Of a DNA stretch of 55,398 nucleotides, positions 26,189 through 35,349 are shown in pieces. The stretch lies in IMG/VR virus record IMGVR_UViG_3300027741_000080, positions 1-55,398 of that record, one strand, 5' to 3'. This stretch comes from a virus (Duplodnaviria; Caudoviricetes). The position numbers and the translations under genes were made by a program. Under the pieces are notes generated by a model. The model was not told the DNA's origin. It searched no databases and saw only the letters and a list, made by a program, of their open reading frames with translations. How positions within the stretch are numbered: the first letter of the stretch is position 1; each line of letters opens with the position of its first letter.

Positions 26189-26584
26189 ATGTATAAAGGG
26201 GACATCAGTAATAGCATGCCAAAGCGTGTACTTGTAAACGCTGACATACTTATTGTGAAGATGCCTACTACCAAAAAGAAATTTAAAATTTTTAAAGTTA
26301 AATCGCATCATCTTGTTTTTGATAGGTTTTTGCTTAACAAATTTTTTCAATACGCTACTCGTATGAGTTTAACTTTAGAGTTAGTTTCGTTTGAGTACAA
26401 ACCTAATGAATTAGAAGTAATATATAACGACTTAGACCGTGCAGGTCTCAACCCATTCAGAGCATTTATGTATTATCCTTCTCCCAAGAAGTTAGTATCT
26501 GACCTTCCTTATCGACCAGAAGTTCTAGGTGTAATTGACCCAGAGCATCAATTAATGTATGGTCGCTGGGGATTAGACTTTTAG
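26189..26584 (+). CDS. Hypothetical protein, possibly degenerate HAD-like fold
   Basis: 131-aa ORF in operon; weak similarity pattern only. Confidence 0.5.
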   Translation: MYKGDISNSMPKRVLVNADILIVKMPTTKKKFKIFKVKSHHLVFDRFLLNKFFQYATRMSLTLELVSFEYKPNELEVIYNDLDRAGLNPFRAFMYYPSPKKLVSDLPYRPEVLGVIDPEHQLMYGRWGLDF

Positions 26585-26592
26585 GACAACAT

Positions 26593-27822
26593 ATGAATTA
26601 TGAACATCTATTAATAAGCCGAGCATTATCTGAACGAAGTTTAAGTTATTTACTTGAGCGTGGGGTATCAGACCAATGGTTTTCTAATGAAGACGACAAG
26701 CGCGTTTGGACTTTTGCTAAAAGTCATCTTACTAACTACGGTGAGGTTCCTAGTCTTGATGTAATTAAAGCTAACTTTCCTACATATGTAGTAGCCACTG
26801 TTGCTGACTCACTTGATTTTTTAGTTGACGAAGTCGTAAAGACACAACGTACAGGTATTATCAACACTGCTATTCGTAACGCTATTGAAGAAATTGAAAA
26901 GTTTGGTAATCATGAGAATGCTGTTTCTATTTTGCAGAAAGGATTCTCGCATTTAGACGACAACGGATTTAGTGCAATCAGTGATATTGACATTACGCAA
27001 AACACTGAGGTTCGTTGGGAAGAATATCTTGAGCGTAAAAATTTACCTAACGGACTTCGTGGCATACCTACAGGTTTTCCAACTATTGACCAAGCAACTA
27101 GTGGTCTACAACCAGGTCAGTTAGTTGTTATTGTTGCTCCACCTAAAACAGGTAAGTCAACACTTGCCCTGCAAATGGCACACAACGTACATAGCAGTGG
27201 CAAGGTACCTGTGTTTCAGTCATTTGAAATGAGCAATCAAGAACAGTTAACTCGTTACGATGCAATGCGCTCACGTATTTCACATCATCGTTTAACCACA
27301 GGTACTCTTACTACAGAAGAAGAAACACGTTACCAAGGTAAGTTGCGTGGCATGGCAATGCTACAGCATAAGTTTTGGCTTACTGATTCCTCAGCAGCAT
27401 CTGTTATCTCAGGTATTGCCAACAAGATTCAACAACTTCAACCAGATGTACTTTTCATTGACGGTGTTTACTTAATGCTGGATGAGCAATCAGGTGAGGC
27501 TAACACTGCGTTGGCTTTGACTAACATCACACGTAGCATGAAACGTCTTGCACAAAAGTTTCAGATTCCTATTGTTATCACTACTCAGACTTTGCGTTGG
27601 AAGATGCACAAGGGTAACGTAACTGTTGACTCTATTGGTTACTCATCATCATTTTTGCAGGATGCCGATGTTGTTTTTGGTTTACAACAAGAAGATGAAA
27701 ACGTAGACGACACTCGTTTGCTTAAGGTTCTTGCAAGTCGTAATTCAGGACCACTTGAGGTTTCTCTTGTATGGGCTTGGGACACAGGAGAGTTCCGCGA
27801 GATTAGTGGTGATGACATGTGA
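26593..27822 (+). CDS. dnaB: DnaB-like replicative helicase
   Basis: GIPTGF..ID....GLQPGQL, APPKTGKS, SFEMS, FIDGVYLM, QDAD. Confidence 0.95.
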   Translation: MNYEHLLISRALSERSLSYLLERGVSDQWFSNEDDKRVWTFAKSHLTNYGEVPSLDVIKANFPTYVVATVADSLDFLVDEVVKTQRTGIINTAIRNAIEEIEKFGNHENAVSILQKGFSHLDDNGFSAISDIDITQNTEVRWEEYLERKNLPNGLRGIPTGFPTIDQATSGLQPGQLVVIVAPPKTGKSTLALQMAHNVHSSGKVPVFQSFEMSNQEQLTRYDAMRSRISHHRLTTGTLTTEEETRYQGKLRGMAMLQHKFWLTDSSAASVISGIANKIQQLQPDVLFIDGVYLMLDEQSGEANTALALTNITRSMKRLAQKFQIPIVITTQTLRWKMHKGNVTVDSIGYSSSFLQDADVVFGLQQEDENVDDTRLLKVLASRNSGPLEVSLVWAWDTGEFREISGDDM

Positions 27823-28745
27823 CCGTAGATGAAATGGAACGTGTACTAGAAGACTTAGGTATAGAACACGCAGGTAGTACTGGAAACGAAGTTCGTGGGT
27901 ATTGCCCAATGCATGAACAACGAACAGGTAAGAAAGACCGTAATCCTTCTTGGTTTATTAATGCTGATAGTGGTGCTTTCATTTGTTTTTCATGCGAGTA
28001 TAAAGGTAACGTTGTAACTCTTACAGCTGATCTTCGAGGTACATCTTATGATGATGCTAAAGATTGGTTAAACACAGGCGGCGATCTTATGGAAGCTTTT
28101 GAGCGGGCTATAAGCAAACCTAAAGAAGTATTTGAAGAGTTGGTTTACATATCAGAAGCATCCCTTGCAGGTTTTACAGACCCACCTATTGAAGCTTTAC
28201 AGGCTAGAGGATTAACATTAGAAGCCGTACAACAATACGGACTTAAGTGGGAACCTCAAAGCGAGAGTTGGATTATTCCTATCCGTGACCCAGAGAACAA
28301 TAAGTTACAGGGTTGGCAAATTAAATCGTTCAACGGTAGACACTTCCGCAATTATCCTGTAGGTGTAAAGAAATCAAACGGATTGTTTGGATTTAACCAG
28401 TACACAGGTGGAGATATGATAGTTGTTGAGTCTCCATTAGACGTAGTACGCCTTGCTTCTATTGGAATTTCTGGGGGAATTGCTGTATATGGTGCATTAA
28501 TTTCAGACATTCAACTGAAATACATACGTTCCGCTGATAGACTTATACTTGCTTTGGATGCTGATGAGGCAGGGCAAACGTCCTCTCTTAAATTAGTACA
28601 AATGACTAAGACTCATAACTTTGAGGCTTGGTTCTTTGATTACTCAGGTACTTCTATGAAAGACATAGGTGGTATGAGTAAGGCAGAAGTACTAGCAGGT
28701 CTTGAATCTGCGCGACATTCAATTCGTTACGCTACTAAACTATAG
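27819..28745 (+). CDS. DNA primase (CHC2 zinc finger + TOPRIM)
   Basis: CPMH...CFSC; VVESPLD; LALDADEAG. Confidence 0.92.
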   Translation: MTVDEMERVLEDLGIEHAGSTGNEVRGYCPMHEQRTGKKDRNPSWFINADSGAFICFSCEYKGNVVTLTADLRGTSYDDAKDWLNTGGDLMEAFERAISKPKEVFEELVYISEASLAGFTDPPIEALQARGLTLEAVQQYGLKWEPQSESWIIPIRDPENNKLQGWQIKSFNGRHFRNYPVGVKKSNGLFGFNQYTGGDMIVVESPLDVVRLASIGISGGIAVYGALISDIQLKYIRSADRLILALDADEAGQTSSLKLVQMTKTHNFEAWFFDYSGTSMKDIGGMSKAEVLAGLESARHSIRYATKL

Positions 28746-28753
28746 GAGAGATA

Positions 28754-29170
28754 ATGGCATTACCCATTATAAATGGTAAGATAACTTGCCCCTTTGGTAA
28801 GCCTGGGGCTATGTGGTCCTCTGGACGCCACGAAGGAGTAGATTTTGCTGTACCAGCAGGAACACCTGTTCATGCTGTTGCTGACGGAACTGTTGCTGGA
28901 ATTGGTACTTGGGGTGCAGCTTTTGGCAAGCATTCTGTAATTATCAATCACGGTAGAAGCACAATGTGCATTTATGCACACTTGATGTCTAATACCGTTA
29001 AAGCTGGTGACAAAGTAACTAAAGGCCAACAGATTGGTCTTTCAGGAGGACGTCCAGGCCACGCAGAAGACGGAAACGTAACTGGTCCTCATTTACATTT
29101 TGAACTACAAAAAGGTCCAGGTTGGGTTCGCGGTGGCGGTCAAGACCCTGCTGCAATCCTTGCTGTATAA
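28754..29170 (+). CDS. M23 family peptidase (endolysin-like)
   Basis: HEGVD, YAHL, TGPHLHFE. Confidence 0.93.
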   Translation: MALPIINGKITCPFGKPGAMWSSGRHEGVDFAVPAGTPVHAVADGTVAGIGTWGAAFGKHSVIINHGRSTMCIYAHLMSNTVKAGDKVTKGQQIGLSGGRPGHAEDGNVTGPHLHFELQKGPGWVRGGGQDPAAILAV

Positions 29171-29185
29171 TTAAACACATAAGAA

Positions 29186-29214
29186 AAGCCCAGGTTGCAG
29201 CCTGGGTTTTTTTT
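29186..29214 (+). terminator. Intrinsic terminator
   Basis: AGCCCAGGT-TGCA-GCCTGGGTT followed by T run. Confidence 0.8.
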
Positions 29215-29253
29215 ATGCTAGAGTATCTTTATCCATTCATTAAGGAGAACTAA

Positions 29254-29475
29254 ATGGTAATCGCACTAAGCATTCTTGCAGTACTTGTACTTGTTATTGC
29301 AGGCGTAGTTGTATCACGTAACAAGAAGTTACAGCATGCTCTTGTTCAAGCAGCCAAAGATATACAGGCTAATCCAGATGTTCAAGCTTTTGAAAAAAAG
29401 ATTGAACAAGAAGCCATCTCTAAGGCAACTTCTGTAGTAGAAGAAAAAGTAAACAAAGTTACTAAGAAAAAGTAA
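29254..29475 (+). CDS. Small single-pass membrane protein
   Basis: N-terminal hydrophobic helix, basic tail; AAGGAG RBS. Confidence 0.7.
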   Translation: MVIALSILAVLVLVIAGVVVSRNKKLQHALVQAAKDIQANPDVQAFEKKIEQEAISKATSVVEEKVNKVTKKK

Positions 29476-31061
29476 TGTTTACGGGGACTCTACTGCCCTA
29501 TCAAGTTGAAGCCGTAGATCGTATGTGCGAGCGTAGAAATATGCTTGTTGCATACGATCTCGGCCTCGGCAAAACGGTTCTTACAATTGCTGCTATAGAA
29601 CGGTTAATGGGGGAAAATGAAATTGATGAACCAGGAATTGTTGTATGTTTATCTAGTCTTAAATATCAATGGGCTGGGGCTATTGAAAAATTTACAGGTG
29701 GTACATCTAAAGCACTTGTAATTGATGGCACTCCTAAGCAACGCGCTTCTCAATATGCAGAGGCGGAAGACTGGGTAAATTCTGGCGTTGATTACATAAT
29801 CATGAACTACGAACAAGTAGTTAATGACTGGGCACAAGTTAGTAAGTTACCTCGCGGATTTGTTGTATTAGATGAAGCCACCGCTATTAAATCTTTTAAA
29901 TCTAAACGTTCTAAGCAAGTAAAGAGACTTGGCAATGCGCCATATAAATTTGCTCTTACAGGAACACCTATTGAAAATGGAAAACCAGAAGAACTGTATT
30001 CAATTATGCAGTTTGTAGATCAAGGAGTGTTAGGTCGTTTTGATATTTTTGATTCAACATTTATCGTTCGTAATACTTGGGGCGGTGTTGATAGGTATAG
30101 AAACATACCTACGTTACATACGAAAATGAAAGAAGCTTCCGTTAGGAAGTCACAAAAAGACCCAGACGTAGCACCATATCTACCAGACTCAATTCATAAA
30201 GACCCTATTCTAGTTTACTTTGATCGTAAGTCAGCAAAACTATATAGAAAAATTGTAGACGATTTACTTCTTGAGCTTGACAATGCGCAAACTTTGTTTG
30301 GTGGGTCGTTTAACATATTGTCTCACTATGGATATAACTCTCAAGGCGGAAACCAAGCTGATGAGTTAAGAGGTAAAATTATGTCTAAAGTAACGTGCCT
30401 TAAAATGCTTTGCTCACACCCAGAATTAATTAAGTTAAGCGGTGAAAGGTATGAACAACTTGGAGGCTCGGGTTCTCAATATGCCAACATGCTATTGCTA
30501 GAAGGATTACTAGATGGCGTCACGTCTTCACCTAAATTAGAAGCGCTTATTACTTACGTTACTGACTTTTTAGATATCAATCCAGACAACAAAGTAGTAA
30601 TTTTTGCTACTTATGTAGATATGGTAGATATGATTCAAGATAGACTAGGACTAGAACGTTCTCGTACTTACACAGGGCAGTTGGATGCTAAAACTAAAGA
30701 ACATAATAAACTTGAATTTAACACTAATCCTGATGTGCGTATTCTTATCAGTAGTGACGCTGGTGGTTATGGTGTTGACTTGCCTGCTGCCAATTTACTT
30801 ATTAATTACGACATGCCTTGGTCGTCTGGACTTGCTACTCAGCGTAATGGGCGTATCAAAAGAGCCTCATCAACATGGGAAACCATTGTAATCCAAGATT
30901 TTTTGGTTTCAGGTTCTATTGAAGTACGTCAACACGAGGCCTTACAACAAAAAAACTCCATTGCTGATGCTGTTATGGATGGTAAAGGCATTGATGATAA
31001 AGGCGGAGTAGACCTTACATTAGGCTCTTTAAAGTCATTTATTCAAGGAACTTCAGTTTAA
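29475..31061 (+). CDS. SNF2-family helicase
   Basis: LGLGKT, LDEA, ALTGTPIEN, QRNGRIKR. Confidence 0.92.
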   Translation: MFTGTLLPYQVEAVDRMCERRNMLVAYDLGLGKTVLTIAAIERLMGENEIDEPGIVVCLSSLKYQWAGAIEKFTGGTSKALVIDGTPKQRASQYAEAEDWVNSGVDYIIMNYEQVVNDWAQVSKLPRGFVVLDEATAIKSFKSKRSKQVKRLGNAPYKFALTGTPIENGKPEELYSIMQFVDQGVLGRFDIFDSTFIVRNTWGGVDRYRNIPTLHTKMKEASVRKSQKDPDVAPYLPDSIHKDPILVYFDRKSAKLYRKIVDDLLLELDNAQTLFGGSFNILSHYGYNSQGGNQADELRGKIMSKVTCLKMLCSHPELIKLSGERYEQLGGSGSQYANMLLLEGLLDGVTSSPKLEALITYVTDFLDINPDNKVVIFATYVDMVDMIQDRLGLERSRTYTGQLDAKTKEHNKLEFNTNPDVRILISSDAGGYGVDLPAANLLINYDMPWSSGLATQRNGRIKRASSTWETIVIQDFLVSGSIEVRQHEALQQKNSIADAVMDGKGIDDKGGVDLTLGSLKSFIQGTSV

Positions 31062-31116
31062 GTAATACACCTTGTCTATTTGAACCCTACTTTTTTTTAT
31101 GCTAGGGTAGAAGTGT

Positions 31117-31590
31117 ATGTTAGACAGAACCAAACGTCTGACCACCGCCGTGGCGCTTCTTACAAGTTTACTTGTATCGCTACCCACAGCCCAGGGTCAG
31201 GCTAATGCTAATGAAATGCAGACAAAAATCGAAACAATAGTTACGGTTAAATCAACTGTATCTATTGCTAAACAATATATCGGAACCCCGTACTGTCGGG
31301 GTGGAAATAACCCCAGATGCTTTGATTGCTCTGGATTTACAAAATACGTATATAACCAACAGGGCATTAAGTTGCCATCAACCGCACAAGGTCAATACCG
31401 TATTGCCACAAGAGTTGCTACCTCAAAAGCAAAACCAGGAGACTTAGTATTTTTTATTACTAAGCATGGTTACGTTTACCACGTTGCAATTTATGTAGGT
31501 AATGGAAAGGTTATTCATTCGCCTAAGCACGGACACCGTGTACGAATAGAAAGTATCTGGACGTCTAACGTCCGCTATGGTAGGATTTAA
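31117..31590 (+). CDS. Secreted NlpC/P60 (C40) peptidoglycan hydrolase
   Basis: Signal peptide; FDCSGFT, PGDLVFF, HVAIYVG. Confidence 0.93.
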   Translation: MLDRTKRLTTAVALLTSLLVSLPTAQGQANANEMQTKIETIVTVKSTVSIAKQYIGTPYCRGGNNPRCFDCSGFTKYVYNQQGIKLPSTAQGQYRIATRVATSKAKPGDLVFFITKHGYVYHVAIYVGNGKVIHSPKHGHRVRIESIWTSNVRYGRI

Positions 31591-31597
31591 ACTACCA

Positions 31598-31669
31598 GCC
31601 TCCTTAGCTCAGTGGTAGAGCGTCGCTCTTGTAAAGCGAATGTCATCCGTTCAAATCGGATAGGGGGCT
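31598..31669 (+). tRNA. tRNA-Thr(TGT)
   Basis: GCCTCCT/AGGGGGC acceptor stem; TCGCT-CTTGTAA-AGCGA anticodon arm; GTTCAAATC T loop; no encoded CCA. Confidence 0.92.
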
Positions 31670-31675
31670 CGTAAG

Positions 31676-31754
31676 GCTAGACATGCCCTAAGGTGGGGCA
31701 GCGGACTGTAAATCCGTCGCGCAAGCATGCTTGGTTCGATTCCAAGGTCTAGCA
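31676..31754 (+). tRNA. tRNA-Tyr(GTA)
   Basis: GCTAGAC/GTCTAGC acceptor stem; GCGGA-CTGTAAA-TCCGT; variable arm; GTTCGATTC; no encoded CCA. Confidence 0.9.
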
Positions 31755-31758
31755 CTAA

Positions 31759-31830
31759 TCCCTGCTAGCTCAATGGCAGAGCGTTCGACTGTTAATCGAA
31801 ATGTTCGTGGTTCGAGTCCACGGCGGGGAG
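31759..31830 (+). tRNA. tRNA-Asn(GTT)
   Basis: TCCCTGC/GCGGGGA acceptor stem; TTCGA-CTGTTAA-TCGAA; GTTCGAGTC; no encoded CCA. Confidence 0.92.
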
Positions 31831-31895
31831 CAAGCCAAGATTATTATTCTTTCTTCGGGTAAACTTTATGTATTGCCCTTAGGAGAGAACTGGCA

Positions 31896-33170
31896 TTGAA
31901 ATCTTTTAAAATTTTTGCTGCTTTGGCATTTGCATTTGTTTTTCCGTTAAGTGTTGTTCAAGCAGATACCAGCCCTATACCTGGAGTTTTGGTGTCTGTG
32001 TACGATGTCTTAGGGCAAAATAATGCTCCTGAGTTACCCGCAGACGCTCAACCTACTTGCAGCATGATATTAGAGGACATCACACATTCCTTTGATGAGT
32101 CTCCTTTATGTGGGTTAACAGAGGATTTTATTGTCCATTACACAGGATACATAACCCCAACAACTGACTCAAACTTAGAGTTTATGCCTCAAGCAGATGA
32201 CGGTGCACGTTTATCTATTGACGGAAAACTTCTTGTTAACGACTGGTACGACAAGGGCGGAGGCGGTTCAGTTAGTGAGTCCATACCCGCTAAAGCTGGC
32301 GTATCTATGGCTATTGATTTGTGGTACTACGAAAATGGTGGGGGCGCATGGCTTCAGTTGTGGTGGATGCACGACAACACATGGGAATTAGTACCTACAA
32401 CAGTGTTGTCTACGGAGCCGTTCCCGCAGCCCACAGAAATAGTAACGCCCACACCGACAGACTCACCAACACCAGAGCCGTCACCATCAGACACACCGAC
32501 AGTAGAACCGACCCCAGAACCTTCAGACACCTCAACACTTGAACCAACGCCTGAGCCAGTACCAAGCATTGAGCCAAGTTTGGACCCAGAGCCAACACCA
32601 ATACCTGAACCTATTCAAAGCGAATCACCAACTCCTGAACCCACACCCGAAGAAACACTTACACCATCACCAGAACCGACTCCTGAAATTGTTGTACCAA
32701 CGCCAGTAGAGACACAGACTCCAGAGCCTGAACCGACTGCGAGTGTTGAACCACCTTTGGAGCCAGAGCCTACACCAATACTTGAACCTACTCAAAACGT
32801 AACACCTGAGCCTCCTACTACGGTAACTGAATTGTTAAACCAGTATACCCCTGATGAGGCCATCCCATTTGATGTGCTTATGGCTTCGGGTATTGACTAC
32901 AGTGAGCTACCTCCAGATCAACCAATTACTTTGGAAAATGGTGTAGTGCTTACCGCTGCAGTGGCAGATGCGCTTCAACTTTTTGAAAACCCATCCGAGT
33001 TATTGTCAGCGGTATTTACAAACCCAGGAAAAGCTTTAAAGGCTCTTTCTAATGTAGGTGCAGATATGACACCTGCTACCCGTAAGAAAGCACAGCAGGC
33101 TGCCGTACCAGCAGTCATTGTGACCCAAATTATCTCTGGTACAGCCTCCCTATTGATAAGGAAACCATAA
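31896..33170 (+). CDS. Secreted/membrane PA14-domain protein with Pro/Thr/Glu-rich stalk
   Basis: Signal peptide; ADDGARLSIDG..LVNDW...WYYENGGGA (PA14); EPTP repeats; C-terminal hydrophobic segment. Confidence 0.85.
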   Translation: MKSFKIFAALAFAFVFPLSVVQADTSPIPGVLVSVYDVLGQNNAPELPADAQPTCSMILEDITHSFDESPLCGLTEDFIVHYTGYITPTTDSNLEFMPQADDGARLSIDGKLLVNDWYDKGGGGSVSESIPAKAGVSMAIDLWYYENGGGAWLQLWWMHDNTWELVPTTVLSTEPFPQPTEIVTPTPTDSPTPEPSPSDTPTVEPTPEPSDTSTLEPTPEPVPSIEPSLDPEPTPIPEPIQSESPTPEPTPEETLTPSPEPTPEIVVPTPVETQTPEPEPTASVEPPLEPEPTPILEPTQNVTPEPPTTVTELLNQYTPDEAIPFDVLMASGIDYSELPPDQPITLENGVVLTAAVADALQLFENPSELLSAVFTNPGKALKALSNVGADMTPATRKKAQQAAVPAVIVTQIISGTASLLIRKP

Positions 33171-33352
33171 TGAAACTACTTAAGTGGTTCGCTAACGCAT
33201 TTATTGAAACACTAAACCAATTATGGACATTGCTTGGCATGTTTGTAGCGTGGTGTGTGCTTGATGGTTCAGCCAAAACTGTTGTGGGATATGCCATTTT
33301 ATTAACATTATTAATGTGGCTCATAACTATTGGCTTGCGTGACCAAGAATAA
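33170..33352 (+). CDS. Small two-TM membrane protein
   Basis: TAATG coupled to PA14 gene; two hydrophobic helices. Confidence 0.75.
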   Translation: MKLLKWFANAFIETLNQLWTLLGMFVAWCVLDGSAKTVVGYAILLTLLMWLITIGLRDQE

Positions 33353-33360
33353 TTGTGATA

Positions 33361-33439
33361 AGTTAAAAGGTGCTCCTCAACACGCAAACCTGGGCGATTG
33401 CCCTATGGGTAAGCCTCGTTGAGGAGCACCTAACTTTTT
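33361..33439 (+). terminator. Long stem-loop / probable terminator
   Basis: Perfect 14-bp inverted repeat AGGTGCTCCTCAAC (33368-33381) / GTTGAGGAGCACCT (33418-33431), then T run. Confidence 0.6.
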
Positions 33440-33493
33440 AATTAAAACCTGTTTTCTTGTAAATTTGTCAGTACAGGCAGGTATAATATAAAT

Positions 33494-33667
33494 ATGCCTA
33501 ATGCACCTAAAACACCTACACGCACTCTACGAGTGGATGATGAACTCTGGACTGCTGTCCAAGAACAAGCCCGCATTGACGGAGTCACTGTTACTAGCAT
33601 CATCATTGATGCTTTATACTCATATCTAAAGAATGCACGGGAACGTCAGTCGGATATGCTAGGGTAA
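33494..33667 (+). CDS. Ribbon-helix-helix (Arc/CopG-like) DNA-binding protein, 57 aa
   Basis: TPTRTLRVDDELWTAVQEQA...TVTSIIIDAL; TATAAT 6 nt upstream (leaderless); not in ORF track. Confidence 0.8.
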   Translation: MPNAPKTPTRTLRVDDELWTAVQEQARIDGVTVTSIIIDALYSYLKNARERQSDMLG

Positions 33668-33688
33668 TACTACCTAGAAAGGGGCAGC

Positions 33689-34096
33689 ATGGAAATCGCT
33701 GATATTGTAGAATTAGTACGCCAGAATGCTGTGCTTAAAGATCGTGTGGATAGCACTACGTCTATTCAAAATGAAATTAAAAACAAATTACGTGATGGCA
33801 TTAAAGAACTTGGTGAAGAAGATGACCAAGGCCATATTGTTATAGAAATTAATGACGAAGTTACTGGCATTCGTAGGGTCATGCAACAACGCAAAGTATC
33901 TAAATCTTTAGACATGAGTATTGCTGAAGATATACTTAGAGAAAAAGGGTTGTACGAATCCTGCGTTACTATGGTTCCTGTACTTGATGAAGAAGCAATC
34001 ATGGCTGCATACTATGAAGGTACAGTTACTGAAGAAGATATTGACAAAATGTTTCCAGCAAAAATAGGCTGGGCTTTAGTAATGTCAAAGAGTTAA
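33689..34096 (+). CDS. Hypothetical protein
   Basis: 135-aa ORF with purine-rich RBS. Confidence 0.7.
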   Translation: MEIADIVELVRQNAVLKDRVDSTTSIQNEIKNKLRDGIKELGEEDDQGHIVIEINDEVTGIRRVMQQRKVSKSLDMSIAEDILREKGLYESCVTMVPVLDEEAIMAAYYEGTVTEEDIDKMFPAKIGWALVMSKS

Positions 34097-34098
34097 TC

Positions 34099-34593
34099 AT
34101 GAGTGATTTGATTGACGAAATGTTTTCTGCTATAGATGAGTATTATCCAGGCAGTAAACGTAAACGAAAAATAGTTAAGGAAGAAAAACCAAAAGTTGTT
34201 GTTGAAAAAACTTGGGATGCTCGTCCTTACGTAAAAACTTTGCCAAACGGTCAAGATGTAGAAATGTTTACACTTGGCGCATTAGCACAGGCTCTAGGTC
34301 GGCCTATTGTTACGGTCCGAACTTGGGGTATGTTAGGGTATTTACCAACACCTCCGTATCGGTTAGCCGATGTGGTAGATAAAAACGGAGATACCCGAAA
34401 GGGGAGAAAGTTATACAGCCGTGCTATGGTTGAGGCTGCTGTAGAGTTATTCACTCAGCATGGACTACTTGAACTCGATAGAATAGAGTGGTCCGACCAC
34501 TTGCAAGTTCCTCAAGAACTTGCTACGATGTGGGAAGAAATAAAAAAGCAAGAAAATTCCATTAATGCCAATAACACAGAAAAAGAGAAATAA
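34099..34593 (+). CDS. MerR-like HTH DNA-binding protein
   Basis: FTLGALAQALGRPIVTVRTW...GYLP...RKLYS. Confidence 0.75.
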   Translation: MSDLIDEMFSAIDEYYPGSKRKRKIVKEEKPKVVVEKTWDARPYVKTLPNGQDVEMFTLGALAQALGRPIVTVRTWGMLGYLPTPPYRLADVVDKNGDTRKGRKLYSRAMVEAAVELFTQHGLLELDRIEWSDHLQVPQELATMWEEIKKQENSINANNTEKEK

Positions 34594-34595
34594 CA

Positions 34596-35279
34596 ATGCC
34601 AGTTAATCGTTCGTTAGAAGATGAGAAGTATTCAGTTGCCGATAATTTCGGTGCAGACTTCGATGTAAACGCCCGCCCTGCTCAAGCAACCAGCGGTGCA
34701 GTTCAGTCAGGCTGGGATGCCGCTGAAAAAATGACTACCCCATCGGGTATGTTTCCAATTGATTTCAAAGCTTCAGAAGTTTTGCAGGTCATTAAGTTCG
34801 TTGATGAAAACGGACCGTTTGCTACATACAAGCAGCACTTCCTTACCAACAAGCCAGGCAAAAAATCATACATTTGCCTAAAGCCAAGCGGTCAGGATTG
34901 CCCATTGTGCACAGTTTTACAGCACAAGCCAGATGATAAGCGCGGGTTTACTATTGTCAACTTTAGTGCAGAGGGTGGACCACAGCGTCAAATCCTTACT
35001 GCAACCCCACCGTTATTCCGTACTTTGCTTGCAGCAAACAGTTCACCGCAAGGTCCACTTACTAAAAACTATTGGGCGTTGAGTCGTACAGGCGAAAAAG
35101 CTGGTACTACTTATCACCTAAACGTTATTAAGACTCGTGATCTTGATGAGGACTGGGGAATTAATCAGGAAGATGCAGAAGCAATTGCTTCAAGCACTGA
35201 GGTATACACTCAAGAAGTTATTCGTGAGACACCGTATGCAGAGATGCTTGAAATTGCTGAAAGCCTTCGCAATTCCTAA
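34596..35279 (+). CDS. Single-stranded DNA-binding protein (T4 gp32-like)
   Basis: YKQHF...YICL...CPLC, LSRTG...TTY; directly before the polymerase. Confidence 0.7.
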   Translation: MPVNRSLEDEKYSVADNFGADFDVNARPAQATSGAVQSGWDAAEKMTTPSGMFPIDFKASEVLQVIKFVDENGPFATYKQHFLTNKPGKKSYICLKPSGQDCPLCTVLQHKPDDKRGFTIVNFSAEGGPQRQILTATPPLFRTLLAANSSPQGPLTKNYWALSRTGEKAGTTYHLNVIKTRDLDEDWGINQEDAEAIASSTEVYTQEVIRETPYAEMLEIAESLRNS

Positions 35280-35291
35280 ATAACACAGACT

Positions 35292-35343
35292 GCTACCAGC
35301 GGTGAGAACCCCCCTTGCTCACCGCTGGTAGCTCTTTAAGGGG
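35292..35343 (+). promoter_or_regulatory. 15-bp hairpin whose loop is complementary to the polymerase RBS (pseudoknot candidate)
   Basis: GCTACCAGCGGTGAG / CTCACCGCTGGTAGC; loop CCCCTT pairs with AAGGGG at 35338-35343. Confidence 0.65.
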
Positions 35344-35349
35344 CCTGAA

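Noticed and set aside
32420-32830. Repeat array / CRISPR-like repeats
   Set aside because: Degenerate codon-level repeats encoding the EPTP stalk; no constant repeat-spacer structure
33382-33417. c-di-GMP (GEMM) riboswitch suggested by GCAAACC
   Set aside because: Lacks the GNRA-capped P1 and second hairpin architecture; kept only as an unexplained hairpin
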